IMG/VR virus record: IMGVR_UViG_3300032294_001470
Location: 1 to 55,134 of that record
Length of the DNA stretch: 55,134 bases
Direction: 5' to 3' (one strand)
Source of the DNA: a virus
Taxonomy: Duplodnaviria; Caudoviricetes
The notes beneath the pieces are model-generated. The model made no database searches and had not been told where the DNA came from. It was given only the letters and a program-made list of their open reading frames with translations. Each line of letters opens with the position of its first letter. Positions within the stretch are counted from its first letter, which is position 1. Both the position numbers and the translations under genes were made by a program. Shown here one piece after another: positions 36,912-46,590 of this stretch.

Positions 36912-37760
36912 ATGTTATTAAAAATTGGTTCTAAAGGAGATGATGTAAAAAAACTCCAAACAAAATTAGGTCTTGTATCTGACGGATATTATGGTGCATT
37001 AACTGCAACTGCAGTGAAAAAATGGCAGGCAGCTAACGGATTAACCGCCGATGGTATTGTTGGTGCCGGAACTTGGAGTAAAATGTTTGGAACACCGACT
37101 CAAGAAACTACAATAGTTAAAGAAGATAAAATCATTCCTCAACCTGTTACTTCAGTTGGAGGATTAAAAATTGATAGATTAAGAGGTCATATTCCTGATT
37201 CAGTTATCTCACAAATACCTGATACAGCGGCAAAATTTAACATTACAAATAACTTGAGATTAGCTCACTTTTTGGCACAATGTGGTCATGAATCAGGTGG
37301 GTTCAAAGCGGTTAGTGAGAATGTTAACTATTCCGCGGCAGGTCTTAAGGGTATTTTTGGAAAATACTTTCCCGGTAATTTAGCGGAATCATACGCTCGT
37401 AACCCACAAAAAATCGCAAGTAGAGTTTATGGTGGAAGAATGGGTAATGGCCCTGAAGCAACTGGAGACGGATATAAATTCCGTGGCCGCGGCTTTATAC
37501 AATTAACAGGAAAAAACAATTACACACAATTTTCCAAATTTATTAGTGAGGATTGTGTTGCTAATCCTGATTTGGTCGCAACCAAATATCCTTTGGCGTC
37601 AGCCGCATTCTTCTTCGATTCAAACAAACTTTGGGCGATTTGTGACAAAGGGGCAGATAACGCAACTATAACTGCGGTAACAAAACGAGTTAATGGCGGG
37701 ACAATAGGATTGGCCGATAGAATTAAACATTTCAACGAATATTATAAATTACTATCGTAA
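36912..37760 (+). CDS. Endolysin: peptidoglycan-binding domain + glycoside hydrolase family 19
   Basis: LKIGSKGDDVKKLQ..DG.YG..T..AV..WQ..GL.ADGIVG; AHFLAQCGHESGG, FRGRGFIQLTGKNNY, TKRVNGG. Start moved to ATG 36912. Confidence 0.92.
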   Translation: MLLKIGSKGDDVKKLQTKLGLVSDGYYGALTATAVKKWQAANGLTADGIVGAGTWSKMFGTPTQETTIVKEDKIIPQPVTSVGGLKIDRLRGHIPDSVISQIPDTAAKFNITNNLRLAHFLAQCGHESGGFKAVSENVNYSAAGLKGIFGKYFPGNLAESYARNPQKIASRVYGGRMGNGPEATGDGYKFRGRGFIQLTGKNNYTQFSKFISEDCVANPDLVATKYPLASAAFFFDSNKLWAICDKGADNATITAVTKRVNGGTIGLADRIKHFNEYYKLLS

Positions 37761-38176
37761 TGCAAGAAGGACCGGTTATATATAATAGTGAATTTTTACC
37801 AAATGTAGAAATTGCCGTTCTATTTGAGGGTAATTTTCAATACGAAAAGATGAAACCTTTTTTTGACGAATTTGGGTATGGGTTTATGGTACCAGGCAAT
37901 AATTTAGTTGTTATTGATGGAGAACAATTGCTTGACTCAAGAGGTAATAACCTATTGAAATTCATTGAAGCTCACGAAGTTTCTCATATTGTTATGGGTC
38001 ACGACGGACCAAGAAGTGACGATGAGGAGTTGGACGCTGATTTAGGTGCGTATATCTTATTGGAGAAATATGGTTACATTGACGACATTAAAGTATTGTT
38101 AAGAGAATTTAAAAATCGTCACGGAGTTAGATTTGACGCCTCTTTATTAGAAAGAGTGAAAAAATATTTCACTTAA
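37760..38176 (+). CDS. HExxH metallopeptidase-like protein
   Basis: AHEVSHIVMGH...EELDAD; TAATG-coupled to endolysin. Confidence 0.7.
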   Translation: MQEGPVIYNSEFLPNVEIAVLFEGNFQYEKMKPFFDEFGYGFMVPGNNLVVIDGEQLLDSRGNNLLKFIEAHEVSHIVMGHDGPRSDDEELDADLGAYILLEKYGYIDDIKVLLREFKNRHGVRFDASLLERVKKYFT

Positions 38177-38228
38177 TTCAACTCATTTAATTTTTTTTGT
38201 TTATATTTGCATCATAAAACTTAAAAAT

Positions 38229-38489
38229 ATGGCGGCAGTAAGCAAACATTATGGAGATGTAAATACATGGATTGAAAAAATCATAGATTCGTGTGATTCA
38301 CCTAAACAAAAACAGACAATTCAGAATTTGATTAATCAATTCGAGAAGATGTTAGATAACGACTCTAAATTAGATACTTATTTTCGTCGAACTCTAATTC
38401 GTAATCTTGAAATTAGGATTAATAATAAAATTGACGAGTTGTTTGACAAAAAAATTAAAGAACTAGAAAAAGAAGAAAATTATGGATAG
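38229..38489 (+). CDS. Hypothetical protein
   Basis: 86 aa; TATATTTG upstream. Confidence 0.75.
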   Translation: MAAVSKHYGDVNTWIEKIIDSCDSPKQKQTIQNLINQFEKMLDNDSKLDTYFRRTLIRNLEIRINNKIDELFDKKIKELEKEENYG

Positions 38490-39024
38490 GATATACTATA
38501 AATTAGAAAGTACGATTAAGGATACATTGAATTTTTTTAAGAATGTATGGAGATTTAGGAAACCTCTCACTAATCACTATTGGTGGGATAATCAGTCATT
38601 TTTAGAGTTTTTACAGGTATCCTTAACTCATATGGCAGATAATATTGAGAAATATGGAAATGAGATTGATGGTCCAAGATTTAAAAAAGTTGAAAAGATG
38701 AGAAGAGCATCTCAACTAATTAAAAATTATGTTGAGGGTTCATATATTGAAATAGCAGAATCCGAATTAGGTGAATTGATATTACACGATTGGGAATTTG
38801 AACCTTCTCCGGATAATCCAAATTGTAGTCGATTGGTCGATAAAGATACTCCTGAAGAAAGAGCACATAACAAAAAAGTGTTCAAAAGGTCTAGTGAGAT
38901 TGAAGAACAAGAATGGAATGAATTATTATCAATTTTAAAAGGTCAAGACATCACAAAATTTGATAAGGATTTGGATTGGTATGAACAATTTGATGGTTCA
39001 GGATTAAAAAATTGGTGGGATTAA
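38482..39024 (+). CDS. Conserved phage hypothetical protein
   Basis: 180 aa, WWD motifs, ends WWD. Confidence 0.8.
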   Translation: MDRIYYKLESTIKDTLNFFKNVWRFRKPLTNHYWWDNQSFLEFLQVSLTHMADNIEKYGNEIDGPRFKKVEKMRRASQLIKNYVEGSYIEIAESELGELILHDWEFEPSPDNPNCSRLVDKDTPEERAHNKKVFKRSSEIEEQEWNELLSILKGQDITKFDKDLDWYEQFDGSGLKNWWD

Positions 39025-39034
39025 ATTAAAAAAT

Positions 39035-39196
39035 ATGACAACAATCGCAATTATTCTAATTATTCTAATTATTATTGTACCTTTATCGGTATTATGGGTT
39101 AGAGGTATTGATTATATGTCAAATAATCATCCTGACTATAAAGGAAACGATTTATTTGGAGAATTTGATGAAGATGATAAAAATTGTATATTATGA
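39035..39196 (+). CDS. Small membrane protein (53 aa, not in ORF track)
   Basis: MTTIAIILIILIIIVPLSVLWVRGIDYMSNNHPDYKG...; ATGA-coupled to next gene. Confidence 0.7.
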   Translation: MTTIAIILIILIIIVPLSVLWVRGIDYMSNNHPDYKGNDLFGEFDEDDKNCIL

Positions 39197-39903
39197 TGAA
39201 AAGAATAACATTTATTAGCGATACACATAACAAACACAAGCAAATAACCTCTCATTTACCGGGAGGAGATATTTTAATTCACGCAGGCGATATCAGTTCA
39301 ATGGGTTATCCAAGAGAAATTAAAGATTTTTGTAAATGGTTTAATGGGATTGAGGGGTATACACATAAGATATTCATTGCAGGGAACCACGATTGGGGGT
39401 TTATAAATCATATTGACAAGGTTAACGATATTTTGGAAAAATATGATGATATTACATACCTACAAGATGATTTGTATCTTGCTGGTCAGGATGAAACTGA
39501 CTACAATGATATGATTAAAATATATGGAAGTCCTTGGCAACCTGAGTTCCACAATTGGGCGTTTAACTTACCAAGGAATGGTTGGGAGTTAGGACAAAAA
39601 TGGAGTGATGTTCCTGTGGATACCGACATCTTAATCACTCACGGGCCAGCATATGGTTTTGTCGATAAAGTTATCGGTCGTTCCGAAAATCTTGGTTGTG
39701 AATTGTTGGCGGATAGGATTAAAACAATCAAACCAAAAATCCATGTTTGCGGCCACATCCATTCCGGAAGAGGAATTATCTTTAACGATGGAACCCTTTA
39801 TATTAACGCGTCTGTTTTAGATGAACAATACAATTACACCCAAAAACCATTCACAATTGATTTTGATTTTGAAACCAATGAGTGGGAAGTTATAAATTAT
39901 TAA
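39193..39903 (+). CDS. Metallophosphoesterase (MPPED/239FB-like)
   Basis: ISDTH, HAGD, IAGNHD, YGSPWQP, LITHGP, GHIH, NAS. Confidence 0.9.
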   Translation: MMKRITFISDTHNKHKQITSHLPGGDILIHAGDISSMGYPREIKDFCKWFNGIEGYTHKIFIAGNHDWGFINHIDKVNDILEKYDDITYLQDDLYLAGQDETDYNDMIKIYGSPWQPEFHNWAFNLPRNGWELGQKWSDVPVDTDILITHGPAYGFVDKVIGRSENLGCELLADRIKTIKPKIHVCGHIHSGRGIIFNDGTLYINASVLDEQYNYTQKPFTIDFDFETNEWEVINY

Positions 39904-39907
39904 GAAT

Positions 39908-40216
39908 ATGAAAAAAGATTTATGTAATTGTGGAAAGGTTGCCGTATGGACTTACGGACCGGGATATAGTAATGGATTTAGTTCCGAGTTTTGCGATGAT
40001 TGCGTCCCTCGTGGGTGTGCCTGCAATCATCGTTATATTGATGTGAATGTTTATCATCCACCATTGGGTGAACCGGATTTACCTGAAGGTGAAGAAGGAA
40101 AGGATTGGAAATGGGTGGATGAAGAAAAGACCCACTGGTGTAGAATCGATGAACAGGGAAGAGAATACCCTTGCGCCGAATTTTGGTATGATGAAGATGG
40201 TTGGGAAACAGAATAA
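39908..40216 (+). CDS. Cys-rich putative zinc-binding protein
   Basis: CNCG...FCDDCVPRGCACN...PCAE. Confidence 0.75.
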   Translation: MKKDLCNCGKVAVWTYGPGYSNGFSSEFCDDCVPRGCACNHRYIDVNVYHPPLGEPDLPEGEEGKDWKWVDEEKTHWCRIDEQGREYPCAEFWYDEDGWETE

Positions 40217-40242
40217 ATTGAGGTGCGAGGATATTTAATAAT

Positions 40243-40863
40243 ATGAGTACAGAACAAAGTGAGTTTTCCAACCAACCAAAAAAGATTTTATATTTAATCT
40301 CCCAAAAATTAATTTCTGACGATTTTGATGAGGAGTATTCTATACATACCTATGATAGTAATCACACTATATTAAGTGACATATCGCGTATGTTTAGTAT
40401 CGATGTAGTTGATGATGAGGATGTTCAATTTTTCATAAAATTTATCGAAATTAACAAACAACTTATTTCGGAAATATCTGAAACTAAAGATAGAAGTTTA
40501 ATAGATAAACTTGTAATACCTATTGCAAAAACTTATGAGATGCTTTACAGCACTCGGGGTACATGTACTTATGAGGTATTTCTTAAACAAGAAATTGACT
40601 CTTACGATGAAGACTGGGTTAGAAGAAGTATTTTAAGACAACATGCTGATGGTTATTGGGATACCTATGAAGGTTGGGAAACTAGTAAACCCCAGTATGA
40701 CAATTATGAAGAGAGTGATTGGTCGATTGATTCAGTCCGTGAATCTAATAAAAACATCCAAGAAAACAATTTCAAGAAAACAACAAAAGTTATTTCCTCA
40801 ATGGATAAGAAAAGTTTACTTGAATTGAAAAATATTATCGACTCAAGACTTAGTCTTCTTTGA
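40243..40863 (+). CDS. Hypothetical protein
   Basis: 206 aa acidic. Confidence 0.75.
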   Translation: MSTEQSEFSNQPKKILYLISQKLISDDFDEEYSIHTYDSNHTILSDISRMFSIDVVDDEDVQFFIKFIEINKQLISEISETKDRSLIDKLVIPIAKTYEMLYSTRGTCTYEVFLKQEIDSYDEDWVRRSILRQHADGYWDTYEGWETSKPQYDNYEESDWSIDSVRESNKNIQENNFKKTTKVISSMDKKSLLELKNIIDSRLSLL

Positions 40864-41073
40864 TTTTGAAGTCTTTTTTGACTCACCGACTAAATCACCT
40901 AAGGTTTTTTTCTTTGTAGGTCCTATTTCAAATCCTTTCTTCCATTTGTGTTCAACAGATATCGGATTAAATTGATGTATGTTTGAATCATATTTCCAAA
41001 TAGAAATACATTCTTCACTCTCATAAGTACGAGACCATTTTGTTGGGTCTTTAGGGTTAACTTCTTTTGGCAT
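40843..41073 (-). CDS. Small basic hypothetical protein
   Basis: Start at MPKEV after TATATTTG. Confidence 0.7.
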   Translation of the reverse strand: MPKEVNPKDPTKWSRTYESEECISIWKYDSNIHQFNPISVEHKWKKGFEIGPTKKKTLGDLVGESKKTSKSKKTKS

Positions 41074-41090
41074 AGTGCAAATATACAAAA

Positions 41091-42266
41091 TTAAATAGAA
41101 GGAAAAAAATCTTTTTCAAAGGATTCAGCAATGCCGCCCTTTGCTTTATACAACCAATCGCCATAATTTATTTTTTGTTCAGTTCCTTTAGTTGGAAATA
41201 CCATAATACCACCAATATCATAATTTAATAATTTTGTAGATACCTCAGAACTTTTTACTTGGATTGGTGTTTTAACATCATTTAAATCAAGTATTAAGTC
41301 AGTTTGAAAAGTTATATCAACTAAGTTACCATAAGACGAAAAACTATGTATTTTTGATTGTGGTACATTTTTATTAATTATTAACCATTTAATAAAATCA
41401 TCCTCACTTTTGTCACCAGATTTTGTTGTTTTTTCAATTCTATTAATAATATTACTCAACGGGTCAATACCTAACATTTCAGTATCTTCGTCATTTTGAT
41501 GATGAAACGCTTCAATTATATCAAACTCAGCAAAACTCAAAGTTTCCACAGAATTTGGTACAATATTTTTTTTGTGTTTATCTAAATGGTAAAAATGTAA
41601 AATTGATTGTTGTTCAAAATATTTTTTCAAAACTTCAAGAGTAGAACCTTTACCCAAATCACCATTAAGATATCTTTTGGTAATCATTCTCGCCCAATTA
41701 ATTGTGTTGGTATTAATTTTATTTAAGATTGACCAAGTTTTTTTATCACCATCAAGTTCAACAAATCCAACAAATTTTTCAGTTGTTAATTCGCTCATTA
41801 ATTTAAGAGCCTCTTCGTGAGTGGTTGATTGGTTTTTTCTATCTTCGAATTTGTGTGAGTTTGGACTATTTTTTGTGTTTTCTATGAAAAACTTCAAATC
41901 ATTTAAATTCCTAATGACCCATTCTTGACTTGGTTTATCAACAATTATTTTATAATCTTTTGAAGGTTTTAAAAAGTCTTTTTTGGATGTTTTCATTAAA
42001 TTTAGATAAGCCTCAATACCCAACTCCTTCATTTTACTTTGATAGTGTGTTCGAAGACTGTCATAAATTAAAGAATCTTTATAAAAATTTGTTTTGAAAA
42101 TTTCTACGGCAACATCTATTTGCTTCGTGGTTAAAGTTCCTTTTTTTTCTAATTTAGTTTTTATATCATTCATAAAAACGTTTGAACCTTTGTAACCACG
42201 AATTAATTCAAGTGTGTCAAATTTCTTAACCTCTTCTCTAATAATTGCTTTAATTAAATCCCTCAT
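41091..42266 (-). CDS. Putative PD-(D/E)xK-like nuclease-fold protein with 'LIKAIIREE' leader
   Basis: C-terminal G..SE...VD....TDLIL......IQVKS pattern. Confidence 0.55.
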   Translation of the reverse strand: MRDLIKAIIREEVKKFDTLELIRGYKGSNVFMNDIKTKLEKKGTLTTKQIDVAVEIFKTNFYKDSLIYDSLRTHYQSKMKELGIEAYLNLMKTSKKDFLKPSKDYKIIVDKPSQEWVIRNLNDLKFFIENTKNSPNSHKFEDRKNQSTTHEEALKLMSELTTEKFVGFVELDGDKKTWSILNKINTNTINWARMITKRYLNGDLGKGSTLEVLKKYFEQQSILHFYHLDKHKKNIVPNSVETLSFAEFDIIEAFHHQNDEDTEMLGIDPLSNIINRIEKTTKSGDKSEDDFIKWLIINKNVPQSKIHSFSSYGNLVDITFQTDLILDLNDVKTPIQVKSSEVSTKLLNYDIGGIMVFPTKGTEQKINYGDWLYKAKGGIAESFEKDFFPSI

Positions 42267-42291
42267 ATGAATATAAATACCCAATTAAAAT

Positions 42292-42321
42292 AAAAAACCC
42301 CACTCAAAGGTGGGGATTTTT
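42292..42321 (-). terminator. Intrinsic terminator
   Basis: A6-CCCCAC...GTGGGG hairpin after the holin-like gene. Confidence 0.75.
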
Positions 42322-42326
42322 AATTT

Positions 42327-42581
42327 CTACTCCTCTTCTTCTTGAGGTTTTTTGTTCAATGTGATAAACTTATCAACTGACGCAATTCCAAAACAAGCGA
42401 TGGTTAAGATTTTAAATGAATCGAAGATGAATTCATTAACCAATAAAGGTCTTCCCATTGCGCCTGTCACAATGTCTACAACAGCAAATGAGCACATCAT
42501 AACAAATGACATGAATCCGATGACCGCTTTTTCGTTGATTGAGTTGTGGTCGTTAAACAAATCTTTAAAAAATTTTTTCAT
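42327..42581 (-). CDS. Two-TM small membrane protein, holin-like
   Basis: 84 aa, two hydrophobic helices, charged C-terminus; ATATTTAT upstream. Holin role is inference. Confidence 0.55.
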   Translation of the reverse strand: MKKFFKDLFNDHNSINEKAVIGFMSFVMMCSFAVVDIVTGAMGRPLLVNEFIFDSFKILTIACFGIASVDKFITLNKKPQEEEE

Positions 42582-42628
42582 AGTATCTTGGTTTTACTAT
42601 AAATATCTTTTAAAAAGTAAATAGTAAA

Positions 42629-42973
42629 TTAAGGTAAAACAAATACCTTAAGGAACCAATCAACAAGAATATCTCTTGTAAACTCTTCGCAAGTCACTTT
42701 ACCATTAGGATATAAAACATTAAAATAGTATGTTGTTCTCGTTCTTTGAACTGTCACAACATGATTACTATCAGTATAAATTGTTGTCTCATGTTGGTTT
42801 TCAAAATCAATGGTGTTCATACCTCTTACTCTATAACTTTTCCCGTCAATCATAACTTGCCCACAATCTTTAAATTTCCAAACACAATGATTTACTTTAA
42901 GTTTACCAACATGTTGAGAAAATCCACTATTAAATGTAAAAAATAAAGTTATAATAATTAATAATTTTTTCAT
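42629..42973 (-). CDS. Exported hypothetical protein
   Basis: Sec signal MKKLLIIITLFF...SQ. Confidence 0.7.
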   Translation of the reverse strand: MKKLLIIITLFFTFNSGFSQHVGKLKVNHCVWKFKDCGQVMIDGKSYRVRGMNTIDFENQHETTIYTDSNHVVTVQRTRTTYYFNVLYPNGKVTCEEFTRDILVDWFLKVFVLP

Positions 42974-43145
42974 ACCCAAACTAGTTTGTTATTTTATTAA
43001 CTATAATTGCAACTGAGGTCATAATTAAAAACCACACCATTACCCAAAAATAAGGATTACGAAATATTTGTTTTACTTTTTTCATATATTTTTTTTTAAC
43101 GATGCAAATATAATAAAAATTATTTTAATATTTATATAAAAAAAT

Positions 43146-43234
43146 AGCCGACCCATAAAAATGGGACTTTGGGGCCGTTATCGTCATGGTAACACCGGAA
43201 AGGGAAGGTTCGCTACCATTCCCTTTCTTTTTTT
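43146..43234 (+). ncRNA. Candidate small structured RNA downstream of an ATATTTAT motif
   Basis: GC-rich; hairpins CCCAT/ATGGG, GTTATC/GGTAAC, GAAAGGGAA-GGT/ACC-A-TTCCCTTTC plus T7; no ORF. Confidence 0.5.
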
Positions 43235-43526
43235 ATAATAAATTTCCATCGATAAATTTTTTAATGGTTCTTCGTAATACATCATTACCCAAATGAGTCC
43301 ATTCATCCTCAAGATAATTTGTTAATTTTCCTACCAAATATTTTTTATTATCCTCAATGTGATATGTTTTATCATCAATATAAATTTGTTTAATTGGTTT
43401 TGACATCCAATTAAGTTTGAATTCAGTTACAGGAAAATTCCTTTTCAGATATGTCAATAACTTATCTGAAGTATTACCTATGTATTTTGATAAAATTTCT
43501 TTTTTTTCGGATTCTGTAATTCTCAT
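43233..43526 (-). CDS. Hypothetical protein with 'ITESEK..IL' leader
   Basis: Start moved to MRITESE, just downstream of ATATTTAT. Confidence 0.75.
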   Translation of the reverse strand: MRITESEKKEILSKYIGNTSDKLLTYLKRNFPVTEFKLNWMSKPIKQIYIDDKTYHIEDNKKYLVGKLTNYLEDEWTHLGNDVLRRTIKKFIDGNLL

Positions 43527-43564
43527 AATTATAAATATAAATGTATTTATATTAAAATAATATA

Positions 43565-43705
43565 ATGGCAAAAGCAAAAACTTCAAGTTCGATAACTAAA
43601 ATTGAAAGAAAAATTTCAAGACCGGGTGTTCATTCTAAAAAGAAAAATTCAAGAACTAAAAGTTCAAAGAATTATGTGAAGGCTTATCGCGGACAGGGTA
43701 GGTAA
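43565..43705 (+). CDS. Small highly basic protein ending YRGQGR (46 aa, not in ORF track)
   Basis: MAKAKTSSSITKIERKISRPGVHSKKKNSRTKSSKNYVKAYRGQGR; TATTTAT upstream. Confidence 0.75.
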   Translation: MAKAKTSSSITKIERKISRPGVHSKKKNSRTKSSKNYVKAYRGQGR

Positions 43706-43744
43706 TCTGTGGTCTTTTTTTAATTTTTTGTTAGTATTATCATA

Positions 43745-44029
43745 ATGGATAATAGACGGAGGTTGTATAGATTAATTGAAAAGTATCTGAATGATGTCAA
43801 AAAAGATGTTGTGGAGTTATTTTATGGTGAAGGTTCAACCATAAAAATTCACACAATTAATTTTGGGATAACAAATAATACAATCTTAATAGAAGGGATT
43901 GTTATTTTGGGAAACTCAATAAATGAAAATGTTGTTGATAATTCCTTAGCCGAAGTTTTAATTAGAGAGTCGATGGTTTATTTTTTCCCTGAACACCAAA
44001 TTAAGACTTATATTAGATTTGATATCTAA
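43745..44029 (+). CDS. Hypothetical protein
   Basis: 94 aa. Confidence 0.7.
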   Translation: MDNRRRLYRLIEKYLNDVKKDVVELFYGEGSTIKIHTINFGITNNTILIEGIVILGNSINENVVDNSLAEVLIRESMVYFFPEHQIKTYIRFDI

Positions 44030-44337
44030 GTGATATTTCTATTTATCATTGCAGTCATAAGTTCACTATTTTCTTTTTGTAAGAATTCAACTTTAACTGT
44101 AAGTTGGGCAACTTTTTCGGTTAACTCTAATATGGTTTTTCTCATGTTATCTTTTTCGTCACTACTCGCAACTAATAACCCCTCCAATTTGGAAATTCTG
44201 TCCCTACAATCATTACGAATAAAATCATCGTCTCTTTCTTTCCTATCAGCTCTTTTCTCATAAAATCTCCAAGCACTTGCTGACCCCAAAACCGTTACCG
44301 CGGTAACCAGTACAGTCCAAATCGATTGATTCTCCAT
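44026..44337 (-). CDS. Single-TM coiled-coil protein (possibly lysis-related)
   Basis: N-terminal TM then heptad-rich region; ATATTTAT upstream. Confidence 0.7.
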   Translation of the reverse strand: MENQSIWTVLVTAVTVLGSASAWRFYEKRADRKERDDDFIRNDCRDRISKLEGLLVASSDEKDNMRKTILELTEKVAQLTVKVEFLQKENSELMTAMINRNIT

Positions 44338-44495
44338 ATTTCTGTCTTTTTAGTAATAAATATATTCTATTTTAAAAAAGAAAAATTGTCTTTTGGTCGA
44401 GATGGAAATAATTATTATTCTTATAGAATAATAATATAATATTAAAAAAATAGTAAAATAAAAAAAATACTAGTCTAGTACTAGTTCTAGGGATT

Positions 44496-44753
44496 TTACG
44501 CAAAATCCACACAACAATCAAATCCTATTAGAGATTGTAGTAAGTTTTCAATATCAGCTATGTTATAAGAATTTCCATTAAGTGTTTCACCCCTTTTTAA
44601 TGTAATAAATAACGAGTATGAATCCGGAACCCATTTTGTCACATTTTCATCCCATTTATTGGTTGGTAAAACCATCAACTCATTCATTTTTGCCCCACTA
44701 AATGAATTATCTAATACCGATTGAATAATTTTTTTTAATCTATTTTGGTCCAT
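44496..44753 (-). CDS. Hypothetical protein
   Basis: 85 aa. Confidence 0.7.
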   Translation of the reverse strand: MDQNRLKKIIQSVLDNSFSGAKMNELMVLPTNKWDENVTKWVPDSYSLFITLKRGETLNGNSYNIADIENLLQSLIGFDCCVDFA

Positions 44754-45115
44754 GTCATGTCTGAATTAAGAATCGCCGAATATAAATGTTTTTTATCCCA
44801 TTTGGTTGGTTCAATCAGAGATAATAGTTTCCCACCATCAGAATCTTCATATAAGTGGTATATTTCCCCAACAATCGGTTCAAATTTATAATTCGACTCA
44901 TAAACCTCTTGAGTGATTGTAAACGATTTTTGGAGGGTTTCTGCTTGTTCCACAAGTTCTTTATACCTCCGGTCAAAAACTTTTTCGACTTTAGATAAAC
45001 CATTTCGTTTAAATGGGGTTAAATCGATTGGTTTGATAGATGGCGCTCCGATATTACTACCATAAGGAAGTAGTCCGGGATTATCAACAAAACTATCAGG
45101 TCTTTTAGTCTCCAT
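44735..45115 (-). CDS. DUF2452-like protein
   Basis: LPYGSNIGAPSI, FEPIVGEIYHLY, LSLIEP..W, L.SD.TW; family name from recall. Confidence 0.7.
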   Translation of the reverse strand: METKRPDSFVDNPGLLPYGSNIGAPSIKPIDLTPFKRNGLSKVEKVFDRRYKELVEQAETLQKSFTITQEVYESNYKFEPIVGEIYHLYEDSDGGKLLSLIEPTKWDKKHLYSAILNSDMTWTKID

Positions 45116-45177
45116 AAAAAAAAATGTCCCACAAGTGTGAGACATTAATTATAATATTTTAAAAGTAAAAGTCAAAA

Positions 45178-45678
45178 TTACTGACCTTTAATCATACCGA
45201 TTCCGTGTTTAAGAAATTCTTTCGCTCTTGGTGAGAGGTGTTGCATTGCATAAACTTTTTCGATATCTTTAACAAGTTCTTCACCATGTTCATTCTCTTT
45301 ATAAAGTTCAATAATTTTATCCATCGCAGAGTTACATTCATTCTTTGTTTCATCAAAATAATTGTAAGGTTTGAATGCTTTCAAGTGATTCATAATCTCA
45401 CTTGCCAAGTGTTCACCTCCGTCAGAAACTTTCGGGTGAATTCTAAGTGTCTTTAATAGTTCAATTTTATCTACCAATCCATTAACACCATTAGGTCTAA
45501 TTTGGACTCCCTCGATATAATCTTCCATTTCATCACCCCCAACTATTTCCTCAAGGGATTTAGTGTTTCCACCATGACAGAATTTTCGGTCATCTTTTTT
45601 ATTTTCCGATTGTTCTATAAGATAGAGTTTTTTAATCTCTTCTTTTTCTTGCTCTGTAATTATAAATTTTGTTCCCAT
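45178..45678 (-). CDS. Hypothetical protein with 'ITEQEK..I..LY' leader
   Basis: Start at MGTKF after ATATTTAT. Confidence 0.75.
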   Translation of the reverse strand: MGTKFIITEQEKEEIKKLYLIEQSENKKDDRKFCHGGNTKSLEEIVGGDEMEDYIEGVQIRPNGVNGLVDKIELLKTLRIHPKVSDGGEHLASEIMNHLKAFKPYNYFDETKNECNSAMDKIIELYKENEHGEELVKDIEKVYAMQHLSPRAKEFLKHGIGMIKGQ

Positions 45679-45713
45679 AGTAATAAATATATCATTCAAT
45701 CATATTTATCAAT

Positions 45714-46346
45714 ATGAAAAAATTTTTTATAATTACTTTGATATTACTATTCAGTGTATCAATCTATTCTCAAGACACTATTCGTCTTAAACATACAAAT
45801 TACACTTCACTTTTTAGTAAGTCTAAACATTACCCGGTAATGGTTGAGTGGTTGATTACCAAATCAATGGTGACATGTCCATCTCCACTAAAAAGAAAGG
45901 ATAACTTTAAACCTGACCCATTATTGGTTAAGGAAACCGATTTATCTGAAGATTATAAGGGAAGTGGATATGATAGGGGACATATGATGCCGGCTGCGGA
46001 GAATTTATGTCAGACACCTCAAGTTCAAGATGAATGTTTTTATTTCTCTAACATAACACCTCAACCTCATACATTAAATGCGGGTTCATGGAAAACTCTT
46101 GAGACTATGGAACGAAAATTCGCATCTGAACAAGATAGTGTTCGTGTTTGGTGCGGTAATGTAGGTGAAGTTAAAAAAATTGGTAAGGTTTCGGTTCCAT
46201 CACATTGTTGGAAAGTAATTTACATTGTGAAGACAAAACAATACCTAGCTTATATTTTCCAAAATACCTCAAACAAAGTTGAGTTGGAAAAATTAAAAGT
46301 AACGAAAGAGGCTGTTGAAAAACTAACCGGATTTAAATTCTTCTAA
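45714..46346 (+). CDS. Secreted DNA/RNA non-specific endonuclease (NucA/EndA-like)
   Basis: Sec signal; DYKGSGYDRGHMMPA, FYFSNITPQ...N.G.W..LE, VP...WKV. Confidence 0.92.
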   Translation: MKKFFIITLILLFSVSIYSQDTIRLKHTNYTSLFSKSKHYPVMVEWLITKSMVTCPSPLKRKDNFKPDPLLVKETDLSEDYKGSGYDRGHMMPAAENLCQTPQVQDECFYFSNITPQPHTLNAGSWKTLETMERKFASEQDSVRVWCGNVGEVKKIGKVSVPSHCWKVIYIVKTKQYLAYIFQNTSNKVELEKLKVTKEAVEKLTGFKFF

Positions 46347-46540
46347 AACAATTTTTGAGTATCGTTGTATAATATTTTCATTTTACCTTCGATAAAATTA
46401 ATTAATTTTTGGTCTTCATCTGAGACTTCAAAATTCTTAGCCTTAATTTGTCTAACTTGTTCTTGAAGTATTTGATATCTTTTTAACATATCTTCGTATA
46501 ATGCCGCCTTTTCTTGTTGTGTTAGGTGTTGTGCTCCCAT
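46343..46540 (-). CDS. Hypothetical protein
   Basis: 65 aa coiled-coil-like. Confidence 0.65.
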   Translation of the reverse strand: MGAQHLTQQEKAALYEDMLKRYQILQEQVRQIKAKNFEVSDEDQKLINFIEGKMKILYNDTQKLF

Positions 46541-46590
46541 ATTGTCTTGTTTTATCTAAAATTAAGATATTTTTATTGTATATAAATAGA

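Noticed and set aside
44335-44345. Possible third sRNA target (CATATTT at the start of 44026-44337)
   Set aside because: Only 7 nt of AT-rich match; expected by chance.
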